Shown: one piece after another, positions 1 through 13,130 of the stretch
How positions within the stretch are numbered: the stretch's first letter is position 1
Layout: each line of letters starts with the position of its first letter
Made by a program: the position numbers and the translations under genes
The notes under the pieces: generated by a model
The model's input: the letters and a program-made list of their open reading frames with translations, nothing else
The model's database searches: none
What the model was told of the DNA's origin: nothing
Origin: Blepharisma stoltei ATCC 30299
Lineage: Eukaryota > Protista > Ciliophora
Assembly (NCBI GenBank): GCA_965603825.1
Contig: CBFDEM010000045.1
Span: 519,035-583,034 of the forward strand
Length of the DNA stretch: 64,000 nucleotides
Direction of reading: 5' to 3'

Positions 1-350
1 GGGTTGGGACACCTACAAGAATCCAAATGATGCTTCAAGCTGTCTTAAAAGACATTCCTCCACAGCAGCTTGCACTGCATTGCCACAACACCCGTGGTAG
101 AGCCATACAAAATATCTTAACTGGATTAGAAATGGGCGTAACCATTGTGGACAGTTCAATTGCTGCTTTAGGAGGCTGCCAATTTGAGTCTGGAAAAGTA
201 GGAAACGTCTCAACTGAAGATGTTGTACACGTTTTAAGTCAATTAGGAGTAGAAACTGGGCTAAACTTAAGCAAGCTCGAAGAAACTGCAAACTGGATTT
301 CTTCTGAATTAGGCAGAGAAAACAGAAGCCTATATCGAAGTATTAGCTAA
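1..350 (+). CDS. HMGCL: Hydroxymethylglutaryl-CoA lyase, C-terminal part (5' truncated by the window)
   Basis: Frame is open from the window start (VGTP...). Motifs LALHCHNT, VDSSIAALGGC, GNVSTEDVV and GVETG are typical of HMG-CoA lyase. Confidence 0.88.
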   Translation, partial: VGTPTRIQMMLQAVLKDIPPQQLALHCHNTRGRAIQNILTGLEMGVTIVDSSIAALGGCQFESGKVGNVSTEDVVHVLSQLGVETGLNLSKLEETANWISSELGRENRSLYRSIS

Positions 351-373
351 TTAATTTTCATTATAATTCAAAT

Positions 374-1024
374 ATGGATCAAAATCTTGAGAACCTTTGG
401 AGAGATTTCGGTCGAGAAAGTGAAGCTGGAAAATTGCTATTCCAGCTTTACCGTATTCCTAACAAGCCAAATATTTACTACCCTCCAGTGAAAACTGCAA
501 AAAAGCCCTTACCCTGCGAAATTTCAAAATCAAAAACCAAAGAAAAACCTCAAATTGAGTATCCTGAAATGAACAAGCCACAGTCAAGGCCAAAGATCCA
601 CCCAATTGATTTGATTCCAAAGCGAAAAAGTAAAGATGTGATTAAAGAAGAAATAAATCAAAATTACCGTGGACTCCAAGCACCTCCGAAAAAAGGAGCA
701 AACAGAGAAGTCCTTAAGTCAGAGCTTCAAGAAAAATTTCAATTTTCCAATGGAGCTTTGCCAAAATCAGTTATGATGCCCCCTGGTGGCAGCCGACCTG
801 CAAATCGAAACGTTGCCAGAGCTCCTAAAAAAGCTGAAGAGCCAGTCACTAATAATTTAGAAGAGCTATTTGATATGATTGTCAAAGAAATTGAAGAAAG
901 GCAGAAGTTTTTAGATGATATGAGAACTATTAATCAGCTGCCTCCAGAAGTTGAAAATAGAGTCAAAGGAGAAATCGCGTCAAGGATTTCAGAGCTGCAA
1001 AAGATTAGAGAAATGTCAGGCTAA
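374..1024 (+). CDS. UPF0193/EVG1 (C22orf23)-like protein
   Basis: C-terminal LFDMIVKEIEERQKFLDDM...EIASRISEL resembles the UPF0193 domain. Intact ORF with TAA stop. Confidence 0.6.
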   Translation: MDQNLENLWRDFGRESEAGKLLFQLYRIPNKPNIYYPPVKTAKKPLPCEISKSKTKEKPQIEYPEMNKPQSRPKIHPIDLIPKRKSKDVIKEEINQNYRGLQAPPKKGANREVLKSELQEKFQFSNGALPKSVMMPPGGSRPANRNVARAPKKAEEPVTNNLEELFDMIVKEIEERQKFLDDMRTINQLPPEVENRVKGEIASRISELQKIREMSG

Positions 1025-1140
1025 GAATAACACCTATTAATTATTCCTGTAAGAAAATTGGGATAAGAAAATTATGATTGAGATAAAATAAATCTTATTT
1101 GTTTAAAATAACAGAAAATAATCATCAGCAATTACAAAAA

Positions 1141-1968
1141 ATGGGCAACAGAATTCATAGAGATAATGAAGCACAGGAACTTGCAGTGAGATACCCAGAA
1201 AACTCTGGCTTCGCACCAAACCAGCCTTTAATTATGCAAGGTCCTGAAGAAGACCAAGATTCCACACCGCCAATGAATCCAATACAAACAATTAAAGGTT
1301 CTAGCCACTTGCACGCACAGAGTGTCAAGCTAATTCAAGACCCCAGCAGCAATAGCACCTATTTCATCACATTTTCATTTGATACCAGAGTGGATTGCAC
1401 TATAAATGCTTATTTTTTAGCAGCAGAGCATTTTCTTGAAGAAGGAAAAATCCAATACAATTGCAAAGATCAACGAAACTCTCTGCCAATGAGTTTTAAC
1501 TTTGGACCTGGTATAAATCAATTATTTCCTGAGAATTTTCTGAAAATGGATTTTCAAAAATACACTCAAGCAGAACTTGGGTTTGTGGACAGCAGATACT
1601 TTCCTCTGGTTTTAGAAATAAAGCCACAAAATATAAGCTCATCAGAAAGCACACTAATCTCATTTAGGCAGTCTTCTGATGGGTATTCTCCAAAGATAAT
1701 ACAGCAAAGAGTGCAGTTTGGCGACAAGCTTTATGAATTGAAAGAGGTTTATGGTTCTCCAACTAATAGAAATGGGATAGACGAAGAAAATCAGTTATGC
1801 TCTATATGTTTGGAACATAGAAGAAACACAATTGTTATACCCTGCTGCCATATGTGCTTATGTGTCCGCTGTGGAAATTTTTTGAGAACTCAGATTAATA
1901 AGAAATGCCCAATTTGCAGGACAGAAGCTGATTCACTGGTTAAGGTGACTTTTGATGAAAGAGTTTAG
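1141..1968 (+). CDS. RING E3 ubiquitin ligase, MGRN1/LOG2-like
   Basis: MGN start (myristoylation-like; ATG at 1141), FSFD motif, YELKEVYG, and a C-terminal C3HC4 RING (CSICLE...PCCHMCLCVRC...CPICR). Confidence 0.8.
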   Translation: MGNRIHRDNEAQELAVRYPENSGFAPNQPLIMQGPEEDQDSTPPMNPIQTIKGSSHLHAQSVKLIQDPSSNSTYFITFSFDTRVDCTINAYFLAAEHFLEEGKIQYNCKDQRNSLPMSFNFGPGINQLFPENFLKMDFQKYTQAELGFVDSRYFPLVLEIKPQNISSSESTLISFRQSSDGYSPKIIQQRVQFGDKLYELKEVYGSPTNRNGIDEENQLCSICLEHRRNTIVIPCCHMCLCVRCGNFLRTQINKKCPICRTEADSLVKVTFDERV

Positions 1969-2179
1969 TGATTTATTGTTAATCATTTTAATATAATTTG
2001 AACTGTCTAGTATTAGTTATTATTGAAAAAATTATTGGTTTTCAAATGATCTGTACTATAAATTTAAGTTTCTAACTTCTTTGATAATGGTTTCTCAAAA
2101 AGCCAGAATGTAGCATGTGCATAAAAAATAAGCAATGCAAGCTCTATAATAAAAAAAAATTTAAAATCCTATTTATTCA

Positions 2180-3100
2180 AAAAGGCTATCCATAAATTGG
2201 CCCCAGCATATTTACAATTTATGATAAGCTAAAAGCATTTGAGAGTGTGCCATTAAGTTTATCATCAAGTGAAATTTTATAGACTGCACATTCATTCATA
2301 TAAGGAAGCGAGATCGCTGATTATTGGTTAGCATATAAAGATGCAATGCTAGTATCAAATAAAATGTCTCCAGCAACTAAAAAAAATTATTTGAATAGAA
2401 TAAAATAATGAAGCAATACGATCAGAATAAATGATATCCTGCTGATATCACTCCGATTTCATAGTACACTCGTTTATAAAAAGCTATATTTGCCTAATTT
2501 AAAATATGGCCAAGCACACAATTTCAAAATTGGAGACATAAAGCCAATAAAAGCATCGCTACTCCAGACATTACAAGATTTAGTAAGATTTTCTAATTAA
2601 GAGTACTGGCTTCATTTTAAATTTCCAAGCAATTTAGAATGTTTTAAAAATAAACAAATGAACCTAGAAGCAGCCCAAATTTATCCAAATTCATAAATAT
2701 TTCAATTGCTGCAATAATATCTGTATCTTTTCAGTGTATTCACTTGTCAATATTACAAGCTCTGTTATTATTAATGCTTCCCCAATCCAAATTCAGTTCA
2801 GATTCTTAAAAATAAACTTTAAATTATTTCAAATTCTTTTCACCAAAAATTATAAAGACGAAATTCAAATAAGTAGCAGTCCAAAGATATAAGAAAACTT
2901 TCTTCCTATTAAAGCATTATGATCTAAAGATATGATGAGATGATTGCACAATCAAGAACTGCACTAATTACTAATCCGGTAATAATGCAGGATTCACTTT
3001 TCTATTGTCAATTTGAGATACTTATGATTGAAAATGAAGAATATCCAATTAGCCCTACAACGTAAAGAGAAGGCAATTTGGAATTGATTTTCATGATAAA
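2180..3100 (-). pseudogene. Decayed MFS-type transporter relic
   Basis: Minus-strand translation gives hydrophobic segments with MFS-like pieces (IGRKFSYIFGLL; SLPYMNECA...DDKLNGTLSNAFS...MLGPIYG) broken by many TAA/TAG. Boundaries are approximate. Confidence 0.4.
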
Positions 3101-3611
3101 AAAAAGTTCCGTTAAGACGCTTATAAAAGGAATGTTTATTGAATTTTTAAAAATGGAGATGATTAGTCTGATATCTAAAATTTATTTTTAATTGTGCTGC
3201 ATATCTGCGCAGCAAAATTATTTTGAAATGTAAAATTCAAAAAAATACTTAATTCCAATAAATATGAAGGAATATCCATGAAATCATCAACTAGCATAAT
3301 AAGTTGAGAATGAAGAGATTCTTAGTGTTTTGCAAATAATTTTATAGTTTATTGCCAATCAAAAAGTTGTAATTAATGTAAAAGTCACTATCATTGTTTA
3401 AATGCAAAAATATATCTTTCAGTGCTTCTGATATCATCTAAAGCTTTAAATCAGTTTTCTTCATAAATATTTATCAGGTTTGCGAATTTTACTTGAACTT
3501 CATTATTTATCTGCTTAATTCATTTAAAAAATATAAAATTCAACTAAAATCTCTCATAAATTCATGCCTCTTCAATTTTCACCAAATCTTTCCAAACTCT
3601 AGGCAGATTAA

Positions 3612-5141
<1,530 letters not shown>

Positions 5142-5161
5142 GCTAAGAATCTTAAATATAA

Positions 5162-5572
5162 ATGGGAAAAGTAATCCTGCTACTGTCTATTGTCCTGTGT
5201 GTGACTGCGTATACGATCGCATTGCCAAGATTGGAAATGGAAGAGCCTAAGTATGAACTAATAAGGGAAAATGAAGCCTTAAGCTGCAAAGAAGACTCTG
5301 ATTGCCCACAGCCTAAATGTTTCCAGCGCTGCTCCTACTTTGCATGTGAAAATAGCATATGTGTTTTAAAGCCCCCAAAGAAGGAGGCTTGTGTAGTTGG
5401 AGGGTGCTCTGGAGAGCTTTGTGTCAGTGAAATTGAGGATACAGTTTCTAACTGCTTGTGGAAAGAGCATTATAGATGCTATGCAGAATATGGAAACTGC
5501 ATTGAAGAAAATGGGACCTGCAAATGGGAAGAAACAAGAGAACTTCAGAAATGTATTGAAGATGAAAGCTAA
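5162..5572 (+). CDS. Secreted Cys-rich protein with an eight-cysteine-cluster-like domain
   Basis: Signal peptide, CxxDxDC module, then CVVGGCSGELC...C.WK..Y.CY...C...NG.C.W. Confidence 0.6.
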   Translation: MGKVILLLSIVLCVTAYTIALPRLEMEEPKYELIRENEALSCKEDSDCPQPKCFQRCSYFACENSICVLKPPKKEACVVGGCSGELCVSEIEDTVSNCLWKEHYRCYAEYGNCIEENGTCKWEETRELQKCIEDES

Positions 5573-5583
5573 TTGCTTAAATT

Positions 5584-6867
5584 TTAAATATGACTAAGTT
5601 TATGAATTATTCCTTCAGCAGTTGCTTTCAAGCCTTCTATTTTGCTTTCTAAGTTTATAACTCTTTCTTTGAGGCTATCAACAGCTTCTTCTCCTTCTAC
5701 CTTGTCTGTCCCAATCAGTTCTTTAAATTCCATAAAGTTTTTTGAATTCGTTTTGACTGAATTCCAAGCATGGTATCTATCCTCAATATTTTTTATATTT
5801 GATTTATTATATGAAAGAGCTGAAACAATTGCACCAGTAGCAGCAGAGCTAAGCAATATCCTATTCAATGCATTTTTTTCGTTTGGCTGCAGCTGGAGAA
5901 TTGAGCCTAGCGACACAAAGGTAAAAGATAAAATGACTCCTCCATAAATAGCACTCATAGCGACAATAAATCTTCCTAAAGTAGTGACAGGATAAAAATC
6001 TCCAAAGCCAACAGTCATCATAGTGATAATAGAATTCCAATAAGCGTTTCCTGCATAGTCATAATCCAAGCTTGGCATATGCATAGGCCTTTCGAAAATC
6101 CTCATCAGAGACCCAAATATCAATATCCCAGGAATTATAAAGAAAAAGAAAAGCATAAATAGAGGGTATTGGTTCAAGTAGCATTTCAATGAAAAAGCTG
6201 GAGACATAGGCACTCCCCACTTTTCGCGATGCCTTACAGCGACTTGATTTTGGTATCTCCCATAATTAAAGAGAGAAACAATCAAGTAAATCCACCTTAA
6301 GAACATTATAGCATACATGGGCTCAGCCACAAAGTAACAAATTTCTACCCGCTTATAAAGAATTTGTTGGGGTACTACAAATTCCCAGTTTAAGCCTGGG
6401 TAGGGTAAAATTAAGAGTAAAATGGTAACTGGGATAACCTCTCCACTAAAATAGTCTCTTAGTTTTGGCTTCTTTCTCATTGCGAAGACCTGCATTAAGG
6501 TCAGTTTTTGGAATGAAGGAAGCTCGTGGAATGTCTTAGGTATGTGTCTTTTCCATTTGAGGAAATAATATTTGTAGGGGATGAGCAGTAGAATTGATAC
6601 GAAACTTAGCCACATGATTAAATGACGGTGAGCTATGGATCGATCTTCGTTTATCGCACAGTTTGTTGGAGTGCGGGCTTCTGACCAGCCTGTTTCGTAA
6701 TCTGAGGATGCAGGAAACAGAGCTACGCAAGCGATGATCGCTGAAAGCAAACTAAAAAACCTTCATCTATCGAAAAGTTTTTTAGATTTCATGATCTTGC
6801 TACCTATCTTTTTCTTTTTCTTGTTTAAGATTGGTTCAGAGAGTTTTTCTTCAACTACTTTATTCAT
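5584..6867 (-). CDS. SK/KCNN-like potassium channel
   Basis: Pore motif TMMTVGFGDFYP, LMRIFER, several TM helices. Extends through TGA=Trp at 6763-6765 to ATG at 6867. Confidence 0.85.
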
Positions 6868-7167
6868 AAATAATTACCATTTGTCAATTCAATATTCTTT
6901 AGGAAATATGAGTAAATCTATATTTAATTCAATTTAAGAGCTTTAGCAAGCAGATTGGATCTAAAATAAGCTGATTTCATTTAAAAACTCTTTTTATCGA
7001 AGTCTTATTAAAGCTTAAGCTTTGAACTGTATCTGAGATATTATTTTTGCATTATCCATCTGTTCTATTAGTTAATTTAGAAATTGATGCTAGTTACGTT
7101 AATATTTTTAAGGGATTAAATAGAGTGGATCAAAGCGTATAAAATCTAATAGTATATAGCAGAATAA

Positions 7168-7323
7168 TTAAACTTGGTCTGAGAGAGTTTTCCCTCTTTA
7201 AAGCTTAAAGCAGAAGAGCCCCTTCACAAGTACAAACCATCTAATGCATAATTTCTTTATTCGCTAAAGGCACCCTATCCTATAGGCTATATTTTATCTG
7301 ATGTGAGAACCCTTCATCACCAT
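7168..7323 (-). pseudogene. Decayed third stefin/cystatin copy
   Basis: The ends resemble the neighbouring stefin genes (atggtgatgaagggttctcacat ~ MMAGGFSNV; agagggaaaactctctcagac ~ RGKTLAD). The middle is deleted or disrupted. Confidence 0.5.
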
Positions 7324-7425
7324 GTTTCTAGAATTAATTAATTCTCTAAACTTATAAAATCTAAAAAAGGATGAAAAAGGTTCGATCAAGTTTTGATTAG
7401 ACAGGTTAAGCACAAACATGTTTAT

Positions 7426-7707
7426 TTAAAGTGGGTCTGCAAGTCTTTTTCTTCTTTCAATGCCTGCAAGTCGAGGAGGCCCTGATAAAGGGCAATGAAC
7501 AAATAAATGCATGATCTCTCTATTTACTTCTACTTTAAGTTTAAAATTTCTTCCAGCAACAACTTGAGTAGAAAATCGAATTACTTTTAAATCATCAAAA
7601 TAGCGCTTTATCCGAGCACCCACCTCATTTTTAACTGCATCTGCAACAGCTTGAGCCATGCTATTCCCTGGCTTTTCATTTGAGAATCCTCCATCTGCTT
7701 GTATCAT
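7426..7707 (-). CDS. Stefin (type 1 cystatin) cysteine protease inhibitor
   Basis: N-terminal GG, QVVAG motif, C-terminal DPL, no signal peptide. Confidence 0.9.
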   Translation of the reverse strand: MIQADGGFSNEKPGNSMAQAVADAVKNEVGARIKRYFDDLKVIRFSTQVVAGRNFKLKVEVNREIMHLFVHCPLSGPPRLAGIERRKRLADPL

Positions 7708-8153
7708 TTTTTTATGCTATTCAGTTGGAAATTTATTATAATGAATGCCATTAATTATTGCATTTCAGAATCAATCATAAAATCTGACGGTAAGTATAAA
7801 ATCTGAACTCACAAATATTCAGAGGTAGAAAAGATTGATGAAAATATATTAAAATATTGGATAGTCTCGTTGGAAAAAATCTACCAAGCTATAAAGACAA
7901 TGCTGCTTTTCAGAAATTAATTATATATCGAAATAATTGGTACCTTATCAGCCATTTCTTTGGCATTATTTTTATTTTATACGCTGAAAAAATCTGATCC
8001 AATAGTTTATAGAAATTAAAGAAGAGCAGCTATAATCTGTCACCAAGTCTAAATTTCATTCATTACAGATTATAACTAATTATGCATAGACAATATCTCT
8101 TAAACTAGGAAGAATTATAGAAAAGAAATTTTAGATCAATTTTAAGCCAATCT

Positions 8154-8441
8154 CTAAAGTGGATCTGCAAGGGTTTTCCCTCTTTCAACATCTTTGAGCT
8201 GAGGACCTTCACCAGTATGTGGTAACGGGCGATAAACTCTTAAATGCAGATGCTCTCCTCCGTCTGTCTCAACTTTAAGCTTATAATTCATTCCAGCAAC
8301 AACTTGAGTTGCATATTGGACAACTCTAAACACATTCAAAGGATGCCCTGTTCTAGTCGCCACTGTGCTTTTAACAGTATTTGCAATTTCTTGTGCTTCC
8401 TGATCTCCAGGCTTCACATTTGAGAACCCTCCTGCCATCAT
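8154..8441 (-). CDS. Stefin (type 1 cystatin) cysteine protease inhibitor
   Basis: MMAGGFS, QVVAGMNY, HLRVYRPLPH, KTLADPL. Confidence 0.93.
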   Translation of the reverse strand: MMAGGFSNVKPGDQEAQEIANTVKSTVATRTGHPLNVFRVVQYATQVVAGMNYKLKVETDGGEHLHLRVYRPLPHTGEGPQLKDVERGKTLADPL

Positions 8442-8492
8442 TTTATTTTATTTCTATCATTTTCTTCCTTAAATTAATCATAATTTACAAGT

Positions 8493-11042
8493 ATGAATAA
8501 ATGTTCTGGCGCGGGTATCGCATCAGTCCTCATATGCGGAACCCTCTACTTAGCTCTCGGACAAACCTTTCTCAGCAGTTTGGTTGCTTCTATAGCTTGT
8601 GCATTAGCTATAATAAAGCAAGGCAAATCATCTACGAATACAGAGATTTCAGTACCTAAAGTTCAAAAGGAAACATCTAATTTTGGGAACCAAACTGACT
8701 TAAAAGAATTTTTTACTCTTGAAACCCAAACTGAATATATCCCGAAACCATTGAATTTCTTTGAATGCCAAACAGAAAAAATTCAAATCTCAAATGCTTC
8801 ATCCCAATCAGAAAAATCTGAGTTTAAATCAATTTCAAGCAGCTGCTCAATTGCTCCTACAAAAAAACAGATGAAAAATGTATCAAGTCACACTGAAATT
8901 CATTCTAGAGATCAAAGCACAAATACAGCTGTGTTGGATTGCAAAGACAGAGAAGTCCAAGTATGGTGCATCCAAAATGATGTGGAAATCAATACAACTC
9001 AATCGCTAAATGGGCCAGTTCTTAAAAATAATGAAATTTCTATACAAACTGGAGTCAGCCAAATTGAGGAAGAAGAAAAAGAACCAGTCAGGGATAAGCC
9101 TAAACATTATGACTCTCCTTTGAAAATGGAAGAAAAAGCATATAGGCCTGAAATCTATCAGAAAGACGAAAAATTTAAAGAAGAAACCTACAGACCTCGA
9201 GCGAACTCAGAAGACGTTTTAGGACAAAGTGCAATGCTAGAAAATGAACTATACACAAATGAATCAGATTCAGAGCAATCGTATAACAAAAAAGAAGAAA
9301 TTGAATTCGAAAAGTCAATTTTAATGTGGAGCAAGCCTGCAATAATGATGCATGTAAGCTCAGTCACTCTTTCAGACGACAAACTGGTCAGCACTTTGCA
9401 TATCAACATGCCTATGTCAAAACTCTCAAGAAGGCCTCTCTGCACTCTATTTTTGGCTCCTTATGAACTAGATTTTGTTGAAGTTTTTGGGCCTCAGTCA
9501 TTTTCGCTTGACTATATTGATATCTACACTACAATTCCTCCAGTCCACAACTTGCTGAACGACCCTGTGTTTGATAAAATATCATCATGGTACCTTGGAA
9601 CCTATTTAAGTGATTTCATTATACTAGTCGTCGATTTCAGCCAACACCCTGATATCCACCAAGACCCTCTTTTAACAAAATATTTTCTATTACTTAAAGA
9701 AATAGAAAGACCTATATATATTTTACATAAAGTATCCAGCACTATTTCATATGCATATTCCTTCAAAAGGGTAAATGAAATTATGGAATCTACATGGGAA
9801 AATGACAGAGTTGTCCTTCATGAAGAGTTAGGGGATAACATTGATAATAATAATGGCTTATTAGTACAGATTAAGGAGCAGATGAGCGATAATTTGTTGG
9901 ATCCAGATGCAGTGCTTGATTTAAGCGAAAAATTTAGGATAAGCTTTGACTCGATCTTGGAAAAAATGCTATCAATACAAAATAGCAGAAAAAGAGAACT
10001 GCTAGTGAATGGAGAAGTGTTCCAGGTGGAAGAAGGGCTTTGCTGCGCTTTACAGATGGAGCCTTCATGGTCGTGCATTGTGCGTGAACAATGAAGCCAT
10101 AATTTGACGAGAAACACCATTTATTTAACTCCTGCAGAATATCATATTGATGAAGACATTTCTTGTGAGTTGATTTCTCCTCATTATTCAAATATCTCTG
10201 ATCATTTAGTAAAAGTAGGGATCGTAAGCAATGTCCCGGCAGAAAAATTAGGCTTCAATTATTTGCAGACTTTGCACTCTTGCTTCACGCAGCATAAAGA
10301 TGAAATTGCTTTAATAATCCCTTCATCGAAACAGCTTCTCATAAGCCAATTCAACCATATAAACTCGTTGAAGTTTAACTTGGCCTTTCAGCATTTATTG
10401 CTTGACCAACTTTCTAATTGCTCAATTCTCAGCTTGTTTTACGATAAAGACAAATTAATTGAATCTGAAGACGGATTTGAAGGCTTAGCAAGAATGCTGA
10501 AAGTTCATTATAAAGAAGGAAGCAAAAAGCCTATGATGGTTCTCCATCATTTTCCAAAGGAATCTGACAGCTCAGAGTATTTTTCGTTCTTTTTAAAGGC
10601 AACTGAAGACTTTTCTCATTTTCTATCAAAATGGGCCGGAATCGAAGTTTCAAAACAGTTATCTACCCATCAAAAAAACAACGAAGGAATTTATGCATTC
10701 GACCAAGATCTGCAGATTATACATAGGCTCATTGTTCCAAATGCACCTATAGGGTGGAACTGGTATAATGCAATTCTATATAAAATCATGCATAATGCAG
10801 CCTTAAAGGACATTCAACTAAATATCAAAACTTTTGCCCAAAAATCCTTTTCAAGAGTATTGAAAGAAATGATAAAGATCTATGAATTTGATGAGCCAGT
10901 TATTCCTATTGCCCAATGCACCGATGGAGAGCCAAACCGCTTTCAGATAAAATTATTCACGAACTTGAGCCCATCATGGACACTGGAAAAAGTTGAAATT
11001 GCTCATGAGAGATTGGAAGAAAATAGAGATCCCAATGTTTAA
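8493..11042 (+). CDS. Membrane-anchored 849-aa protein with a QT-repeat region and two degenerate alpha/beta domains
   Basis: ORFs 8493-10094 and 10104-11042 are in frame across TGA 10092-10094. N-terminal hydrophobic hairpin and repeated xQT/xNT motifs. Confidence 0.7.
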
Positions 11043-11136
11043 ACTATCTTAATAATTATCATATGAATAGTAATGTCTTTATTATGCATTGAATAAAATA
11101 TGTTGAAAATATTGATGGACTTATGACATAATAATT

Positions 11137-13035
11137 ATGGACGTAACTAAGATTTCTGAGCGCCTCCGAACCATAGTCAACTACGTAGCTGGGCAAGATA
11201 TTAAGCTCACTGTAGATCCAGGACTTGTAGGAGCTAATGCTAAATACCTTGGCAGAGTCAGTTCTCTTCTCCCTGAAAGTCCATTAGATCAAGCATTCGC
11301 AAACCAGTGGATTCACAGCATCTCAAGCACAACCCCATTTTTGTCGACCAAAGAAGGCATTGCAGCTTTTTCTGAAACATGCGAGAAACTCTTAGCAAAA
11401 ACTAAATCTTATGCTGTAGGAACTTCCCTCACAATTGTTGATTTATTAGTCACTGCAATTGGCATTGAGGCAGATCTTTTCAAATATCCACCCACCCAGC
11501 AAAAGAAGCTAGCCAAATACTTAAACACTCTTAGAGCGGACAGTACCCTCAAACTCATTATTCCTGCAGCAGAAGCCCAAACAGGACAAGGAAGAAAGCA
11601 ATTCATCATTCCAAATGGCACAGGAGGAAGAACTCGAGTGGACTACATTTTAAGCAACTCAGACCTGGTCGGACAAATTGTGACTGTAAAAGGTTGGGCT
11701 AGAACCGTCAGAATCCAAGGGAATGGCAGCTTTGCATTTGTCGAAGTCAATGATGGCTCAACTGTAAAAGGCATCCAAGTCATTGTCAACAATGCTTTTC
11801 CAGACTTCTCTAACCTCAAAGGTACAGGGATTTCAGTATCTTGCAAAGGACTTTTAGTCGAAAGCCCAGGTGGTGAGCAAAGTGTTGAAATGCAAGTTCA
11901 AGACCCATCTCAGCACGAGTTCAAAATCATTGGAGACTGTGACCAAACTGCTTTCCCAATCTCCAAGAAGAACCACACCCCAGAATTTTTACGTGAAAAT
12001 GCTCACTTAAGAACTCGCACAAATTTAATTGGAGCCATTGCAAGAATAAGAAACGCCTTGGCTTTTGCAACTCACATGTTCTTTAACTCAAGAGGGTTCC
12101 TATATGTCCACACTCCACTTATAACAGCTTCTGACTGTGAAGGTGCTGGGGAACTTTTCCAAGTTTCGACAATTCTTAAGTCAAAAGTTGCAGATATCAA
12201 GCAAAAAGATGGAATGGTTGACTACTCACAAGACTTCTTTGGAAAGCCAGCATTTTTGACTTGCTCAGGACAGCTGAATGTTGAGGCCTATTGCTCCGCT
12301 TTATCCGATGTCTACACGTTTGGACCTACCTTCAGAGCAGAAAATTCGCACACCACAAGGCATTTATCAGAGTTCTGGATGATCGAGCCTGAAATGGCAT
12401 GGGCTCAGCTTGAAGACAACATGGAATGCGCCGAAAGCTACTTGAAGTTCTGTCTTCAATATGCAATCGACAACTGCTATGCTGATCTCGAATTCTTCGA
12501 CAAGTTCGTTGAAAAAGGCTTAATCGACAGACTCAGAAACGTCCTAGAAAAGCCATTTGCAAGAATTTCCTACACTGAAGCCGTTGACATTATCCATAAA
12601 TGTGGAAAGCAGTTCAAGATTATGCCACAATGGGGTGATGATTTGAACTCAGAGCACGAAAGATATATAGCTGAAGAAGTCATTAAAGGCCCTGTCATCG
12701 TGTTTAACTACCCTAAAGTACTCAAGGCATTTTACATGAAAGTCAATGATGATGATGCTACTGTGCAAGCAATGGATATTTTAGTACCAAAGATTGGAGA
12801 AGTCATTGGAGGTAGTGTGAGAGAAGATAGACTGGAAAGACTTGACCAAATGATTCAGTTCAAGAACTTGGATAAAGAAAGCTACTGGTGGTATAGAGAT
12901 TTCAGAAAGTATGGAAGTGTACCTCATGCTGGATTTGGCTTAGGGTTTGAAAGACTTGTCATGATGGTCACTGGAGTCGAAAACATCAGGGATGTCATCC
13001 CGTTCCCAAGATGGCCTGGACATGCTGAATTCTAA
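11137..13035 (+). CDS. asnS: Asparaginyl-tRNA synthetase with an N-terminal GST-C-like extension
   Basis: OB fold (VKGWART, FVEVNDGS), TASDCEGAGE, FRAENSHTTRHLSEFWMIEPE, GFGLGFERL, IRDVIPFPR. Confidence 0.95.
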   Translation: MDVTKISERLRTIVNYVAGQDIKLTVDPGLVGANAKYLGRVSSLLPESPLDQAFANQWIHSISSTTPFLSTKEGIAAFSETCEKLLAKTKSYAVGTSLTIVDLLVTAIGIEADLFKYPPTQQKKLAKYLNTLRADSTLKLIIPAAEAQTGQGRKQFIIPNGTGGRTRVDYILSNSDLVGQIVTVKGWARTVRIQGNGSFAFVEVNDGSTVKGIQVIVNNAFPDFSNLKGTGISVSCKGLLVESPGGEQSVEMQVQDPSQHEFKIIGDCDQTAFPISKKNHTPEFLRENAHLRTRTNLIGAIARIRNALAFATHMFFNSRGFLYVHTPLITASDCEGAGELFQVSTILKSKVADIKQKDGMVDYSQDFFGKPAFLTCSGQLNVEAYCSALSDVYTFGPTFRAENSHTTRHLSEFWMIEPEMAWAQLEDNMECAESYLKFCLQYAIDNCYADLEFFDKFVEKGLIDRLRNVLEKPFARISYTEAVDIIHKCGKQFKIMPQWGDDLNSEHERYIAEEVIKGPVIVFNYPKVLKAFYMKVNDDDATVQAMDILVPKIGEVIGGSVREDRLERLDQMIQFKNLDKESYWWYRDFRKYGSVPHAGFGLGFERLVMMVTGVENIRDVIPFPRWPGHAEF

Positions 13036-13130
13036 GTAATATAGGCAATTCCTTTAATATATATATAGCCAAATAGTCACGCTGGAAAATTTGTAGAAAA
13101 TTAGCTTAGACATATTTTAAGTGATGCATC

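Noticed and set aside
1-8. Window starts and ends with GGGTTGGG, suggesting circularity
   Set aside because: The start is in-frame HMG-CoA lyase coding sequence and the end is a degenerate telomere unit; this is coincidence.
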